Positions 1 through 12,072 of a DNA stretch of 38,779 nt are shown one piece after another. The notes under the pieces are model-generated. The model was not told the origin of the DNA. It worked only from the letters and a program-made list of their open reading frames with translations, and made no database searches. The stretch is from the NCBI RefSeq assembly GCF_001194135.2, contig NC_068992.1, positions 8,851,018 to 8,889,796 on the forward strand, in the 5' to 3' direction. Each line of letters starts with the position of its first letter. Position 1 is the first letter of the stretch. A program made the translations under genes and the position numbers. The DNA is from Octopus bimaculoides (taxonomy: Eukaryota).

Positions 1-120
1 ACATATACATATAGGCGGGTCGGTGTTGTAAAAAGTTTACTTCCCAACCACTTGGTACTGGGTTCAATTCCACTATAACATTTTTGTATCAGTAAAGAAA
101 TTCTTCAATTTATTTATTAT

Positions 121-420
121 TGGCGATGAGCTGGTAGAATCGTCAGATCGTCGGACAAAATGTTTTGCCGTATTTCGTTCGTCTTTACATTCTGAGTTCA
201 AATGCTGCCAAGGGTGAACTTTGTCTTTCACCCCTTTCAGTACCGGTTGAGCACAGGGGTTGATGTAATTGATTAGACCCATCCCCTGCCACCTCCTACA
301 AATTTCAGGTCCTTTCGGGGTCGATAAATTAAGTACCAGTGAAACACTGGGGTCGATATAATCGACCAGTCCTCTCCCCACAAATTTCAGGCCTTGTGTC
401 TATAGTAAAAAGGATGATTA
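121..420 (+). mobile_element. SINE family A (tRNA-like head plus ttcatcctttcggggtcgataaaataagtaccag core)
   Basis: The same head and core recur approximately at 1974-2210(+), 11070-11275(-), 12070-12520(-), 13220-13435(+), 17970-18390(-), 18680-18900(+), 19470-19660(-), 28200-28800(+), 31410-31620(+) and 34280-34490(-). The core recalls the Meta/MESC SINE domain (from memory). Confidence 0.9.
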
Positions 421-426
421 TTATTT

Positions 427-1200
427 GACGGAGCTAACAGTCCTGGATCAAGCGCAGATCCAGAAAGAGCGCTTGGCACCTTAAGTGTCGGCAAGCGCTC
501 ACAGCTTTCTGCCAGTCGGGCAACGCGGTCGGTGGAAATTCCACTATGGAGTTCCATAGGGAATTAGTGGATGGAAAGAGCTACGACGTCCTCGGGGAAA
601 CTCTAAGCGTCGGGAGGGATCAATTAACTGGTCTTTTCCGGAGGACTTTCGGGCCGAGACCTATGGATAACTTCCCGAAATCCTTGGCCTGACAGTGGTA
701 CCGGGGGCTCTGCCGGTTCGAGACAAGCTCTACAGACACAGAAGTACTGTCAGATGGATTTGTCCGAGGTGTGCGTAGGGCGACGAAACCGCCCTGCATG
801 CACTTGTCCAGTGTCCGTGCATTATTGACTTGTGGAGCTTTGTTGAACAGCTGTTGTCGAGTGTAGGATTGTTCTGGTTATCAGCCAAGTCCATCGTGAA
901 GATCACCCCGCTACCTTTCTTTGGCCGGGAAGGAAAGGCAATTCTTCTCTGTCTGGTGGCTATGGCGAAAGAGGCAGTGTTGTGGACGAGATTGAAAGGA
1001 CTGAAGACAGATACTTTCCTCTTCGGTCAAGCCTTCATTGACTCTTTCAAGTGGAACTTGAAAAAGACCATGAGAGTAGATCGGGAAATCCTGAGCTAGT
1101 AAATTTGTTGAAAGGTGGGTGAATGTAGCGAGGATGGCCCGTGTGAATGGGCCCACTCTGCACTTTCGTTTGTAAACCGGAGGATTTGAGAAGGAGAGAG
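427..1200 (+). mobile_element. Tx1/L1-clade non-LTR retrotransposon, decayed 3' end of ORF2
   Basis: Reads LPVRDKLYRH...CPRCA*GDETALHALVQCPCIIDLWSFVEQ...KFVERWVNVARMARVNG, a C-terminal CxxC-HC zinc knuckle (zf-RVT type). Contains stops and frameshifts. Confidence 0.75.
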
Positions 1201-1720
1201 ATGCCTGCTGTTCAGTTTCCAGGCTTCTATTCTACTCCGATCTTGTCTTAAAGTCTTCACTTTATTTTGTAGTCGCCTTTTCCATATATCCTCTTTTTTA
1301 ATCTTTCCCTGTGAGATATCTAATCTTCTGGTGACTGCTACCCCTTCTGCATAGATCAGTAAATTAGTGTCTCCTATATTTTTAGCATCTATCCTACTGA
1401 TAACAGAATCTACTTCCTTAGTCATATCTAGCAGCTTCCTTCTGTTGGTACCTTTTAATGCTGGCAATCTTTTTCTTACTTCTTTGCTCATTACTTCCAG
1501 CAAATCATCTAAAATCTTCTAATCTTCCTCAATTAACGCTAGTTGTCCCCTCCTTATTGGTAGCACTATTATTATGTTTTCCTTTAGATACTTCTTTGGT
1601 TTGAGCTGTAGTTGCAAAGCGAGCTTCTTAACAATAAACCCGTGCCTGCACCCATCTTGGTTTTCTCCGAACTTACTTAACGTTTTACATTATTCGTTAT
1701 GAAGTAACACATAATATTGT
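1200..1720 (-). mobile_element. R4/Dong-clade non-LTR retrotransposon fragment (N-terminal region)
   Basis: ORF 1096-1503 RKRLPALK...DTNLLIYAEGVAVTRRL...WKRRLQNKVKTLRQDRSRIE resembles the TNxLIYAGA / WKRRL motifs upstream of R4/Dong RT. Left boundary from the junction; right boundary approximate. Confidence 0.7.
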
Positions 1721-2730
1721 ATTAAAGTCATTAATAAAAACATTGTTAGACTGTTTATCTCCAGGCCAGCCCTTGTCGTGCAGATATCGTATAATGAAAT
1801 GGATTCTAACCGAAATCATTCCGTCTTTTATTTCAGAGATACTGTATCTAGGAATACATCCATCAATGTTAGCTTTTGTAATAACTGATTCCAGCTGTTT
1901 GTTTGTTTGTTTGTTTGTTTGTTTCTTTGTTTCTTTGTTTCTTTCTTTCTTTCTTTCTAATTTTAATATTTTAATAGCGGTTTTCGTTGTGAAGGCCGCG
2001 AGCTGGCAGAATCGTTAAGCACGCCGAGCTTAGCGGTATTTCGTTCGTTATTACCTTCTGAGGTCAAATTCCGCCGGAGTCGACTTTGCTTTTCATCCTT
2101 TCGGGGTCGATAAAATAAGTACCAGTCGAGAACTGGGGTCAATGTAATTGACTTAACCCCATCCCTCGATCTTCCTGGCCTTATGCCAAAATTTGAAACC
2201 AATAGTGGTTTTCGTTGTTTAGTATCACCTTCTGTGTAGACCCTGATCAGAGACGTTCTGACCGTGACCATCCAATCTTTTCAGATGTGATTTATCTCAG
2301 ATATAGTGAACGTAAGATTAAATTATCCAATGACCTTCCATTTTTAAAGAAGCAGATAGAATATAATTTGAGGTCTGATTGGCAGAGTCGTTAGAAAGTT
2401 GGATAAAATGCCTCGCAGCAGTTTTGCGATACTCACCACCCACTCTGAGTTGAAATCCCACTTTGCGTTTTATCCTTTCGAAATCGATAAAAACATTACA
2501 GAAGTCCAGAGAAGTGGGTTGGCGCAATTGTTAGAGTATCGGATAAGATACATTTTGGTATCTGTTTCGGTGCTGTCCGTTCGGTCCCCTCGCTGAAAAG
2601 CGGTGACACCTCAGTTAAGAGTTGCGAATGACAAATAGCATGAGCAATTGGAAAAAACCAATGGAAACATTATTTCCTTGCTTTGATCGGAAGATTGACG
2701 AGCTTCTTTTCACAATAAAATGTATTTAAG

Positions 2731-2885
2731 CAGTAGTGTAGCTATGGAACGATGGGAGAACAAGGGAGAGGTTCGCTTCGAGCGGCGCTTTTGGGTCTGC
2801 TGTATAAGCGTACATAAGTTTGTAGGTCCGGTGGGGTGGAGCAGTGTGTCTACAAATTCAAGAGCCGCTCCGGGCGGCACATAGA
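2731..2885 (+). mobile_element. Possible hAT-MITE 5' fragment
   Basis: cagtagtgtagcta resembles the CAGTGGCGTAGCT TIR, and a GC-rich gccgctccgggcggcac lies internally. No matching right end found. Confidence 0.3.
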
Positions 2886-3500
2886 AAACAGCTCAAAAGA
2901 CCGAAAATAGTTTTAGAATAATTCATAAAACATTTTTGATAAAAGTAGCAACGTAAGCGTTTGTACTATGACTCTTAGGTTGTTAATTATAATACATAAT
3001 TAGATACACGTCCTTACGTCAAACATGACGACAGTTATGTCAATGATAGAAAACGGCATATCCATTCAAAACAATGAAAGAAACCATTGATAAAATTCTT
3101 AAAGTCTTTGCTCTTGTTATTTATCAGAAAAATATGGCAGTAATTCGTCATTGTGATACTGCCTTTTACGTAAATGTTCACCATTCATAACACAATTTTT
3201 AAATACAAAAACGTATGATTATATATATATATATATAAAGGGTAAAGCCTCTCATCAGTTATGAATGTCTATGGGATGTACCTAGAAAGTTCCCTTCCGA
3301 GGTACAAGTCTAGGTAAGGTCCTTTTTTTTTATGGAAGTCTAGCACTCGCCCATGCATACCAGCCTTTCCTCTCCACGCTACTGATGTTATCCAAGGGAA
3401 AGACAGGTGACGTCGCAACTCATTTCTACAGCCGAGTGAACTGGAGCAACATGAAATAAAGTGTCTTGCTCAAGAACACAATACAAAGGTCGGTCCGGGA

Positions 3501-4017
3501 AAAACGTTTTCCTTTCAGGACTTTTTTCATTCGGGGGAACAAAAAAATGTTGTAGAGAGTATGAACGGGTGAATAGGGAGAATAGGTAAACAGAGTTATA
3601 CCAGCTTTGGTCAAAAACTGTCTCACACTCAAGGCGGTGTGCAAAAGTGTATTGTCGTCATGAAACTATTACTCTCCACTTTGCCACTGGTCGGGGTGTT
3701 TTTGTCTCGCCGTGTCTCACAAACGCTTCAGAACTTCCAAGTAAAATGCCTGGTTAACAGTTTAACCAGGAGGAACAAAATCTGTGTAGACAATTCCTTT
3801 CGCATCGATGAAACAAATAAGACATCGTCTTGACATTGGACTTCACTTGACGCACTTTAGGGGGCGTGGTGAAATTGAATGCTTCAATTGACCTGATTGC
3901 TCCTTCGTTTCCGAGTCGTAGCCTTAGCACCAGCGTTCGTCACCAGTGATGACCTTCGAAAAAAGGTTTGGCTCAACTTCTCACCGTTGTTTCAGTTCAC
4001 GATACACCTTCCGTGAT
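3501..4017 (-). mobile_element. Mariner transposase remnant
   Basis: KVITGDERWC*GYDSETKEQS...SPRP...KSNVKTM and HTALSVRQFLTKAGIT...PYSP...FLFPRMKKVLKGKRF. Confidence 0.85.
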
Positions 4018-4093
4018 AAGTGACTACTTTTGATCTTCAAGAGACAAGTGACTACTTTTGATCTTCAAGAGACAAGTGACTACTTTTGATCTT
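4018..4093. repeat. 28-bp tandem repeat x2.7
   Basis: Unit aagtgactacttttgatcttcaagagac. Confidence 0.95.
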
Positions 4094-4689
4094 ATAAATA
4101 AATTAAACAATAGGGTAAAAAATTGGATATTAATTAATATCAATTTAATACCAGGGAACAAGCACATTAAAAGAATCAGGGAGATTCAGAAAAAATATCT
4201 GAAATCTCAAAGGATTATTGTATATGTATATATAGAAATATATATAAAGTACAGCATGTCGTTTCCAAATTTCTGCAAAAAGAAAAAGCAAAATGGTGTT
4301 GTTACAATTTACGACATTTTTGTTTGTAGGCCTGTTCTATCAGAGATGATGTGGAGCTAAACAACAACAAAATTACAATTTCTAGCATTTGTACAAAGAC
4401 ACAGAGAGGACAAAAATCAATTAAGTGTGACCGCAATTCATTACTGGTACAATTATGATTGCCACTGGAAGGATGAAAGAGAGACTCGATTCAACCGAAT
4501 TTAGCCATCCCAATTCTTAAAGTGTAACTTAAGATTTGATAAACTTCTTGTCATTGATAAATATATCTATTTGGACTTTGGTGATTCAAATGTCACCTTC
4601 TCGTCATACCACAAAAGGACTTTCTTTGTGAGAAGGTCTTTTTGTTTAAGCTGCTTGCTAGAAGGTGACTTTTATCGTCAGATTTTAAA

Positions 4690-5070
4690 GGTATGTATCT
4701 ATGGTAGAGCACTCGCCGGTATCTGAGGGGTACAGTTTCGACTCCCGTGACCGCCTGCTGGCAACTTTTTCCATCTTATAAAGATAAATATTCAATCTCC
4801 TTCTGATGTTCTTACAGACTCAATGCATTCGAAATTTTGTTTCTTGTTTGTAAAATACCGAACTCAGTCGACGCTTCCAAATTTTGTTTATAAAATGTTG
4901 TCGCATTCGAAAATCTGTTATTTAGCTTTACAATTGACAACAATTGTTGTCAGGGGCCGTTTAGCTCAGTAGTAGCACACTCAGCCGGTATCTGAAGGAT
5001 ACAGGTTCGAATTCCGTAGCCACCTTCGAGCAAGTTTTTTCCTCCTTTACAAGGATAAATACCCAATCTT
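4690..5070 (+). mobile_element. Two tandem tRNA-derived SINE copies of a fourth family
   Basis: 4690-4800 and 4953-5070 share gcac.c.gccggtatctga.gg.tacag.ttcga.t.ccgt...gcaa.ttttt.c.tc.tta.aa.gataaata. The second copy has a clear A-box (tagctcagtagtagc) and B-box (ggttcgaattcc). No complete cloverleaf acceptor stem. Confidence 0.7.
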
Positions 5071-6369
5071 ACAGTGTCTTATATATGTATATATATATAT
5101 GTATATATATATATGTATGTATATTCATTTAAAGTCATTTATGCATGTAAGTATACATGTAGATGTATAAGTATGTGTGTGTGTGTGTGTGAGTGAGTGT
5201 GTGTCTTTATGTCTGTGTCTGTTCTCCCCACTCATCACCGCTTGACAACCTGTGTTGATGTGCTTGCGTCCTCGTAACTTAGTGGTTCAGTAGAAGAGAA
5301 TGATAGAATAAGTACTAAGCTTTAAAAAAAGAAGTCTCGGAGTCGATCAGTTCGACTAAAAACCCATCAAGATGGTGCTCCAGCATGGCCGCAGTCAAAT
5401 GACTGGAACAAGCTAAAAAATATAGAATAAAAAAGTAAGATATTTTGAAGTTAATCTTTTGTTCTTGAATTACAAAACAGACACATCGAAATATAATCTG
5501 ATGTAGTGATCTCGATCCAGGATAAAATTAACTACATCACAATGCTGGCATTGTTTACAGTGTACAAATTTACATTTAAAATACTATTTTCCTCGTTGTA
5601 TAATGTTTTCACCACCACGTTCTTATTCAAATAGATTTGTCCAGCAAGACTAAAGTCGTATGAGATAACATCAGCGACTGAGTACTTATGGAGTCATTCA
5701 CTTTCAACTCCAGATTCGTACGTCTCTTCATGTTTGAAAATTTTATGTATTAAATTCTGACGTTGGCATCCAGCAGCGATGGCTGAGTCTTTCTGTAAAA
5801 AAGGCTTTCTCAACCGATCATAAGCCGCCTCATCTCACCTTCACTTCTGAAAGTAACGCCTGTCAATATCCCTATTGCTGTGAAAGCTTCCTCTTGAAGA
5901 TAGAACCGTATCGATTTTATTATCAATAGAATGACTTCTGTCTTTAGTCCAGTTGAATAACTCAGATGTTAGCAACAACGCTTATATATGCTTATTATCT
6001 TTTATNNNNNNNNNNNNNNNNNNNNNNNNNNNNNNNNNNNNNNNNNNNNNNNNNNNNNNNNNNNNNNNNNNNNNNNNNNNNNNNNNNNNNNNNNNNNNNN
6101 NNNNNNNNNNNNNNNNNNNNNNNNNNNNNNNNNNNNNNNNNNNNNNNNNNNNNNNNNNNNNNNNNNNNNNNNNNNNNNNNNNNNNNNNNNNNNNNNNNNN
6201 NNNNNNNNNNNNNNNNNNNNNNNNNNNNNNNNNNNNNNNNNNNNNNNNNNNNNNNNNNNNNNNNNNNNNNNNNNNNNNNNNNNNNNNNNNNNNNNNNNNN
6301 NNNNNNNNNNNNNNNNNNNNNNNNNNNNNNNNNNNNNNNNNNNNNNNNNNNNNNNNNNNNNNNNNNNNN

Positions 6370-6398
<29 letters not shown>

Positions 6399-6401
<3 letters not shown>

Positions 6402-6618
6402 GGTTGGCCAAAATTCAATGACAGTAAATCAAACCCATTTTAGTTCCAAGATTTATTTATCTTTAACAACTGAATGGATGTAATAAAAGCATCTAAATAC
6501 GAAACATCATTAAAATTGTTCAAACTGAAGTCCTTCTTGAGCGACATATTTTTACAGAATTACAAATGGTATTTTATGGAATTTTGATTTACTGTCGGGC
6601 GACTTTCGGCCAACCCTG
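6399..6618. mobile_element. Tc1/mariner-type MITE, 220 bp
   Basis: TIRs cagggttggccaaaa / tttcggccaaccctg with one mismatch, flanked by TA on both sides. AT-rich non-coding interior. Confidence 0.85.
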
Positions 6619-6938
6619 TATATTATATTATCATCTATCTTTTATTATTTTGCCTTTCTATTCGTTTCAGTCATTTGACAGCAGCCATGCTGGGGCACTG
6701 CCTTGAAGAATTTTTGGTCAAATGAATTTTTAAACCTGGTACTTTCTCTATCGGCGTCTTTAGCCTGACTGCTAAGGGACATGACACATCAACGCCGGTT
6801 GTCAAACGGTGGTGGGGGACAAACACAAACACACACATATACGACGGGCCGTATGGTAGAAGACACATGTCCAAGGTGTCACACAATGGGGCTGAACCCG
6901 GAACCATGTAGTTGGGAAGCAAGCTTCTTACCATACAG

Positions 6939-7013
<75 letters not shown>

Positions 7014-7502
7014 ATGAAGTTAAAATAATAGACCGAGAACACCACTCATATTGGAAGTGGGGCGTATCCTGTTAGTTCGATATCCATGTTTGAATACACA
7101 GAAGAAAAAAAGTAAACATAATTCGCCCCTAAACAGGGGGAATTAACGAAAAACAAACCTGCTAAAACAGGCAATGTGTCAAAAAGATAAAGAAAACAGC
7201 AAAAATTGGTAACAATTCAGCGAAGTGGTAACATTCCAATAACAACGGTAATTTAAAACGATACACCTACAATCAACATGGCAGCAGCAAAACAAATGAC
7301 ACGTCTGTTAAGTGGCAAGGCTTTAAAACAGAATAACTCACCTCAGACACAATATTATAAATACAGCCCCCCAACACACACACACATGACAGAAGTAAAT
7401 AGACACCCCACAAAACATCGTTTCATGTTTAACTTGAAAAGGTTTATATTATCTATTAATTGACATTTTTATGTTTCAGGTTCTGTAAGTGACTGTTTAA
7501 AC

Positions 7503-8510
7503 ATGCCATGTACAAAAGAAGCCTTGGAACTGTCCGAATTTCAAAGAGGCTGTATAGTGGGTCAACCTGAAGGTGGACTTAGTCAACATAAACTCGCAAA
7601 AAAACATTGGGATCCCACTTTCTACAGTTAATTGAGTGATTGTGAAATTCCCCAGAGAGAGGAAAGAGTCCATATCATATTGCTCAGGTCGACCAGGACC
7701 CTCTGACAGGATCCTTTGCTCTGTTAAAAGAAGTGTGGAGGATAATCCACGCTGCGAGGCCTCTGACAGAGCAAAATATGTTGATGTCAGTCCCAGAACA
7801 ACTGTCGGGTATCTTCACAAATTTGGCTACTATGGCAGGGCAGCAAGAAGGAGGCCACTTCTTCAACCAGCCAATATAAAGCGGAGAAAAGATTGGCCCA
7901 GTGAGATGGTGGAGAGGTCACTAGCATTTTGAGACACTGTCATATTCTCTGATGGCTCCAAATTTGCTGTATTTTCTGACAGTAGTCGAGCGTGAGTCTG
8001 GAGACTCTGTGATCAAGAAATTGATGTGAAAAGGTTGCAGCCAACAATGAAACATGGTGGCTATTCTGTGAATGTCTGGGGAGCAATTTGGAGCAATGGT
8101 CGATCAGAGTTGGTGGAGTGTGCGGGAGGGAAAAATAACTCAGATAAATATGTGTCTATATTGCAGAAAGGACTCCTTCCAATCTTCTTCAGTGGTAAAA
8201 TGATTAAAGAAGACTATTTATGGAAGATGGGGCTCCTTGTCATACAGCTGAAAATACCCAAGATTGATTGGAAGAGAATGGCATTAGAAAGCTTCCATGG
8301 TCAAGCCAGTCACCATATATGAGCCCTATTGAACACCTCTGGGGCATAATGGACAGGACACTTTGTAAAAAGAACAAGAAAGCATCCTCAAAACCAGATC
8401 TTTTGAGACTGCTACGTGAAAAATGGCATGAAATTCGTTAAGAAAATATTCGCCATCTGATCAGTAGCATGCCTAATAGGGTCCTTGCACTGAAAAATGC
8501 AAAGGGCATT
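7503..8510 (+). mobile_element. Tc1 (DD34E) transposase pseudogene, nearly full length
   Basis: From ATG 7503: [51 protein letters not shown], then exactly 34 residues to SPIEHLW, ending LISSMPNRV. Several stops and frameshifts; TIRs not found. Confidence 0.92.
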
Positions 8511-8560
8511 TTAGATTTAAACGCGTATATGCAAAGGGCATTTTAGATTTAAACGCGTAT
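8497..8560. repeat. 32-bp perfect tandem duplication at the Tc1 breakpoint
   Basis: atgcaaagggcattttagatttaaacgcgtat x2. Confidence 0.95.
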
Positions 8561-8581
8561 ATACACACACACACATATATA

Positions 8582-8989
8582 GGGGCAGGCGTGGCTGTGT
8601 GGTAAGGAACTTGGTTCCCTAACACATGGTTCCTCGTTCAGTCCCACTACAGAGCACCTTGGACAAGTGTCTTCTATTATAGCGGGCCGACCAAAGCCCT
8701 GTGAGTGGATTTGGTAGACGGAAACTGAAAGAAGCCCGTTGTGTATACATATGTATGTATGTGTGTGTGTATAGATTTATATCTTTGTGTTTTTGTTTGT
8801 CCCCCAACCATCGCTCGACAACAGATGTTGGTGTGTTTATGTCCCCGTAATTTAGCGGTTCGACAAAAGACCGATAGAATAAATACTAGGCTTACAAAGA
8901 ATAAGTCCTGGGGTCGATTTGTTCGACTAAAAACCCCTTTGGGGCGGTGTTCCAGCATGGCCGCAGTCAAATGACTGAGACAAGTGAAA

Positions 8990-8990
<1 letters not shown>
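8582..8990 (+). mobile_element. SINE family B, full length
   Basis: Head ggcgtggctgtgtggtaag with B-box-like gttcagtccc, ccttgg.caagtgtcttct core, internal (TG)n and tail ccagcatggccgcagtcaaatgactga. Other copies at about 12-75, 5160-5430, 6655-6938(-), 9375-9550(-), 13810-13888, 14270-14490, 16907-17065, 33190-33330 and 37570-37830(-). Confidence 0.9.
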
Positions 8991-9039
<49 letters not shown>

Positions 9040-9377
9040 CTCTTTTAGTCTCACTAAAACATTAGTCTATGATTCTCAAAGACATCTAATAGTTAAGAAA
9101 ATGATTATAACTAAACCAGTGTAGAAGGTAGGGTAGGCTATGCAAAATAATGGAAAAATATTAGTTTATTCTGTAGACACTTCAGAATGAGAATAGCTTA
9201 TCTACCTACCATTTGTATTGTTTGAGATAACATTCAGTCATGAAAAGAATGTTGCAAATGATAAAAGATGTTTTTATTTATCGTCAAGAAATGTCAATTT
9301 AGGTTAAAAGCGGAATGATACCATCTCAGTGAAAGTGCAGTGAATTGTTTGGGGACGGGGAACGCGTGAACAGTGTT

Positions 9378-9410
<33 letters not shown>

Positions 9411-10679
9411 ATGGGTTTCTTTCAGTTTCTGTCCACCAAATCCACTCACAAGGCTTTGGTCGGCCCGAGGTTATAATAGTAGACACCTATCCAAGATGTC
9501 GCACAGTGAGATTGAACCCGGAACCATGTGGCTGGGAAGCAAGCTTCTTACTACATATTCAAAGATGGCCAAAGCTCCTTCACAAGCCATAGGTTCATAA
9601 GGTCAGTTTACTGGATTCTGTGGCATATATACTCTTCTCTGGGCGGGACGCCGATCCGTCACAGTCGTNNNNNNNNNNNNNNNNNNNNNNNNNNNNNNNN
9701 NNNNNNNNNNNNNNNNNNNNNNNNNNNNNNNNNNNNNNNNNNNNNNNNNNNNNNNNNNNNNNNNNNNNNNNNNNNNNNNNNNNNNNNNNNNNNNNNNNNN
9801 NNNNNNNNNNNNNNNNNNNNNNNNNNNNNNNNNNNNNNNNNNNNNNNNNNNNNNNNNNNNNNNNNNNNNNNNNNNNNNNNNNNNNNNNNNNNNNNNNNNN
9901 NNNNNNNNNNNNNNNNNNNNNNNNNNNNNNNNNNNNNNNNNNNNNNNNNNNNNNNNNNNNNNNNNNNNNNNNNNNNNNNNNNNNNNNNNNNNNNNNNNNN
10001 NTGCTTATCATAAACAACTATGTCCTTCAATAAAACCCAGTCATTTAAACCAATAACAGTCTATAACTTATTACAACATATTCCACTGACATCGAAACTA
10101 TATTTAAACAATATATTTATTCTTCGAGAGTATATCTTTGTCCCCTTTTTCTCATAATCCCATTTTACCAGTTTTGATATTTTCTCACGCTTGCTATCAT
10201 TAACTATCCTGAATGATGATGGACTTTCTAGTCGAAGACGACGAATGCGTATCCAGCTTTTGCCGAACGGCCTACACAGATGATACGTTTGTAGTGATCA
10301 AACGTATGTGCTGTACATTAGTCCACTCTCTCCATTAAATCGACATTGCCTGAACAGGTGCCGAGTGTACCACGTGTCAAAAGACGGAGCGATCGTAGAG
10401 CAACGTGAGACGAAGTGTTTTGCTCAAGCGTACAACACACAACCTGGTCAAGAAACTAAAAGCACGATCTCGCGATCGTGAGTGCTGGGCCCTAATCACT
10501 AGGCAACGCGTCCTCCAGAATACGTATTTGATAAACCATATTACGACCACTTCACTGGCTTTTCAAAACCACTGTTCTTATTAATCTGTTATAGTTTATT
10601 TTTTCTACATCCTTTACATTAATGAACTTGATTTCTATATTTTTATATAATTTTTTTAATATGTCATTGTTATTGAAAC

Positions 10680-10880
10680 CTAAACCCGTTGTATGGTTTT
10701 ATCAGCGGGCATTGTGCGTGTAATACTTCTGCCTTGAATTTTGAATAAGAAGACAGGTAACACTAAAGGCCAGATCAAGCGGAACGCAAAACGTGAATAG
10801 CGATGTAGTAAGGCTCTGCTTTCAATAGATATTATTTCGCTCAACTCCACCGTATTGAATGCTTTTTCACTGAATTGCAT
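10680..10880 (-). mobile_element. Possible Helitron/Pif1 helicase fragment
   Basis: PLDLAFSVT/..KIQGRSI across a frameshift resembles the Pif1 motif P.xLA(F/Y)AxTxxKxQGxT. Single motif only. Confidence 0.3.
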
Positions 10881-11348
10881 TCACACTAGCATGATCTTAT
10901 TAATTTATAATATGTCATCAGATATATTGGACAACGAAGACAAAGCGCCGCCGAGAATCGAACTTACGACCTCACGATCGTGAGCCGAAAACCCTAACCA
11001 CTAAGCCATGCACACACATACACACCATCACCACAAGGGAGGTGTTCATCCATTGAAAATTATGATTTCAAATTTCAGCACGAGGCCAACAGTTTCAGGA
11101 AGGGGTTAAGTCGATTACATCGACTCCAGTACTCGACTGGTACTTATTTTATCGACCCCAAAAGGATGAAAGGTAAAGGTGACCTCGGCGGAATTTGATC
11201 TCAGAACGTAAAGGCGGACGAAACGCCGCTAAGCATTTTACCGGGTGTCCTAACGATTCTGCCAGCTCACCGGCTTACCCGCTGGAAATAATGCCAGCAT
11301 TATTAAATACCTATAGAAAGAATATGATATAACAAACACCAGAAACCC

Positions 11349-12072
11349 CAATTGTTCTTACCTGGGGTCCATATAAGATTTCTGGATGTCCGTGCAAGTA
11401 AAATAGTAAACTGAGGACCCACATTAGTATTTTAAGGGTTCATGAAAAATTTTGATTTAGAGGTATTTATTACGTTGCTTTCTCTAACATTTTACATAGT
11501 TGGACCTACACAAGTTAACGAGTAAAAAGCAAAATAGGAATTTTGAAAGAAGCATCAATAAAACTAGTTTTTAAATATTCTTTTCTACTCTAGGCACAAG
11601 GCCCGAAATTCTGGGGAGGGGGACAGTCGATTAGATCGGCCCCAGTATGCAACTAGTACTTAATTTATCGACCACGGCGGAACTTGAACTCAGAACGTAA
11701 AAGCAGACGAAATACCACTAAGTATTTCGCCCGGCGTGCTAACGTTTCTTATTTCTTTATTGCCCACAAGGAGCTAAACATAGAAGGGACAAACAAGGAC
11801 AGACAAAGGGATTAAGTCGATTACATCAACCCCAGTGTGTAACTGGTACATAATTTACCGACCCCGAAAGGATGAAAGGCAAAGTCAACCTCGGCGGAAT
11901 TTGAACTCAGAACGTAACGGCAGACGAAATACTGCTAAGCATTTCGCCCGGCGCGTTAACGTTTCTGCCAGCTCGTCACCTAGTTTTTAAATATTGAATG
12001 GCTATGGTGGTCTACCAAAATAAAATAGTAATCTAAGTGGTCCAAAGGGGGAAAAATGGTTGAGAACCACTG
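11349..12072. mobile_element. hAT (Charlie-like) MITE interrupted by a SINE dimer
   Basis: Right TIR ggttgagaaccactg followed by ctcta; degenerate left end caattgttctta-cctggggtcc. Split by the 11580-11979 insertion. Confidence 0.6.
11580..11979 (-). mobile_element. Dimeric family A SINE with 16-bp TSD
   Basis: Two tandem monomers with different tails, bracketed by ctagtttttaaatatt at 11564-11579 and 11980-11995. Confidence 0.85.

Noticed and set aside
4018-4093. CRISPR-like 28-bp repeats
   Set aside because: The units are contiguous with no spacers, and the context is eukaryotic.
4953-5030. tRNA gene
   Set aside because: A and B boxes are present, but there is no convincing acceptor stem or anticodon arm, and it continues into a tail shared with a neighbouring copy, so it is a SINE head.
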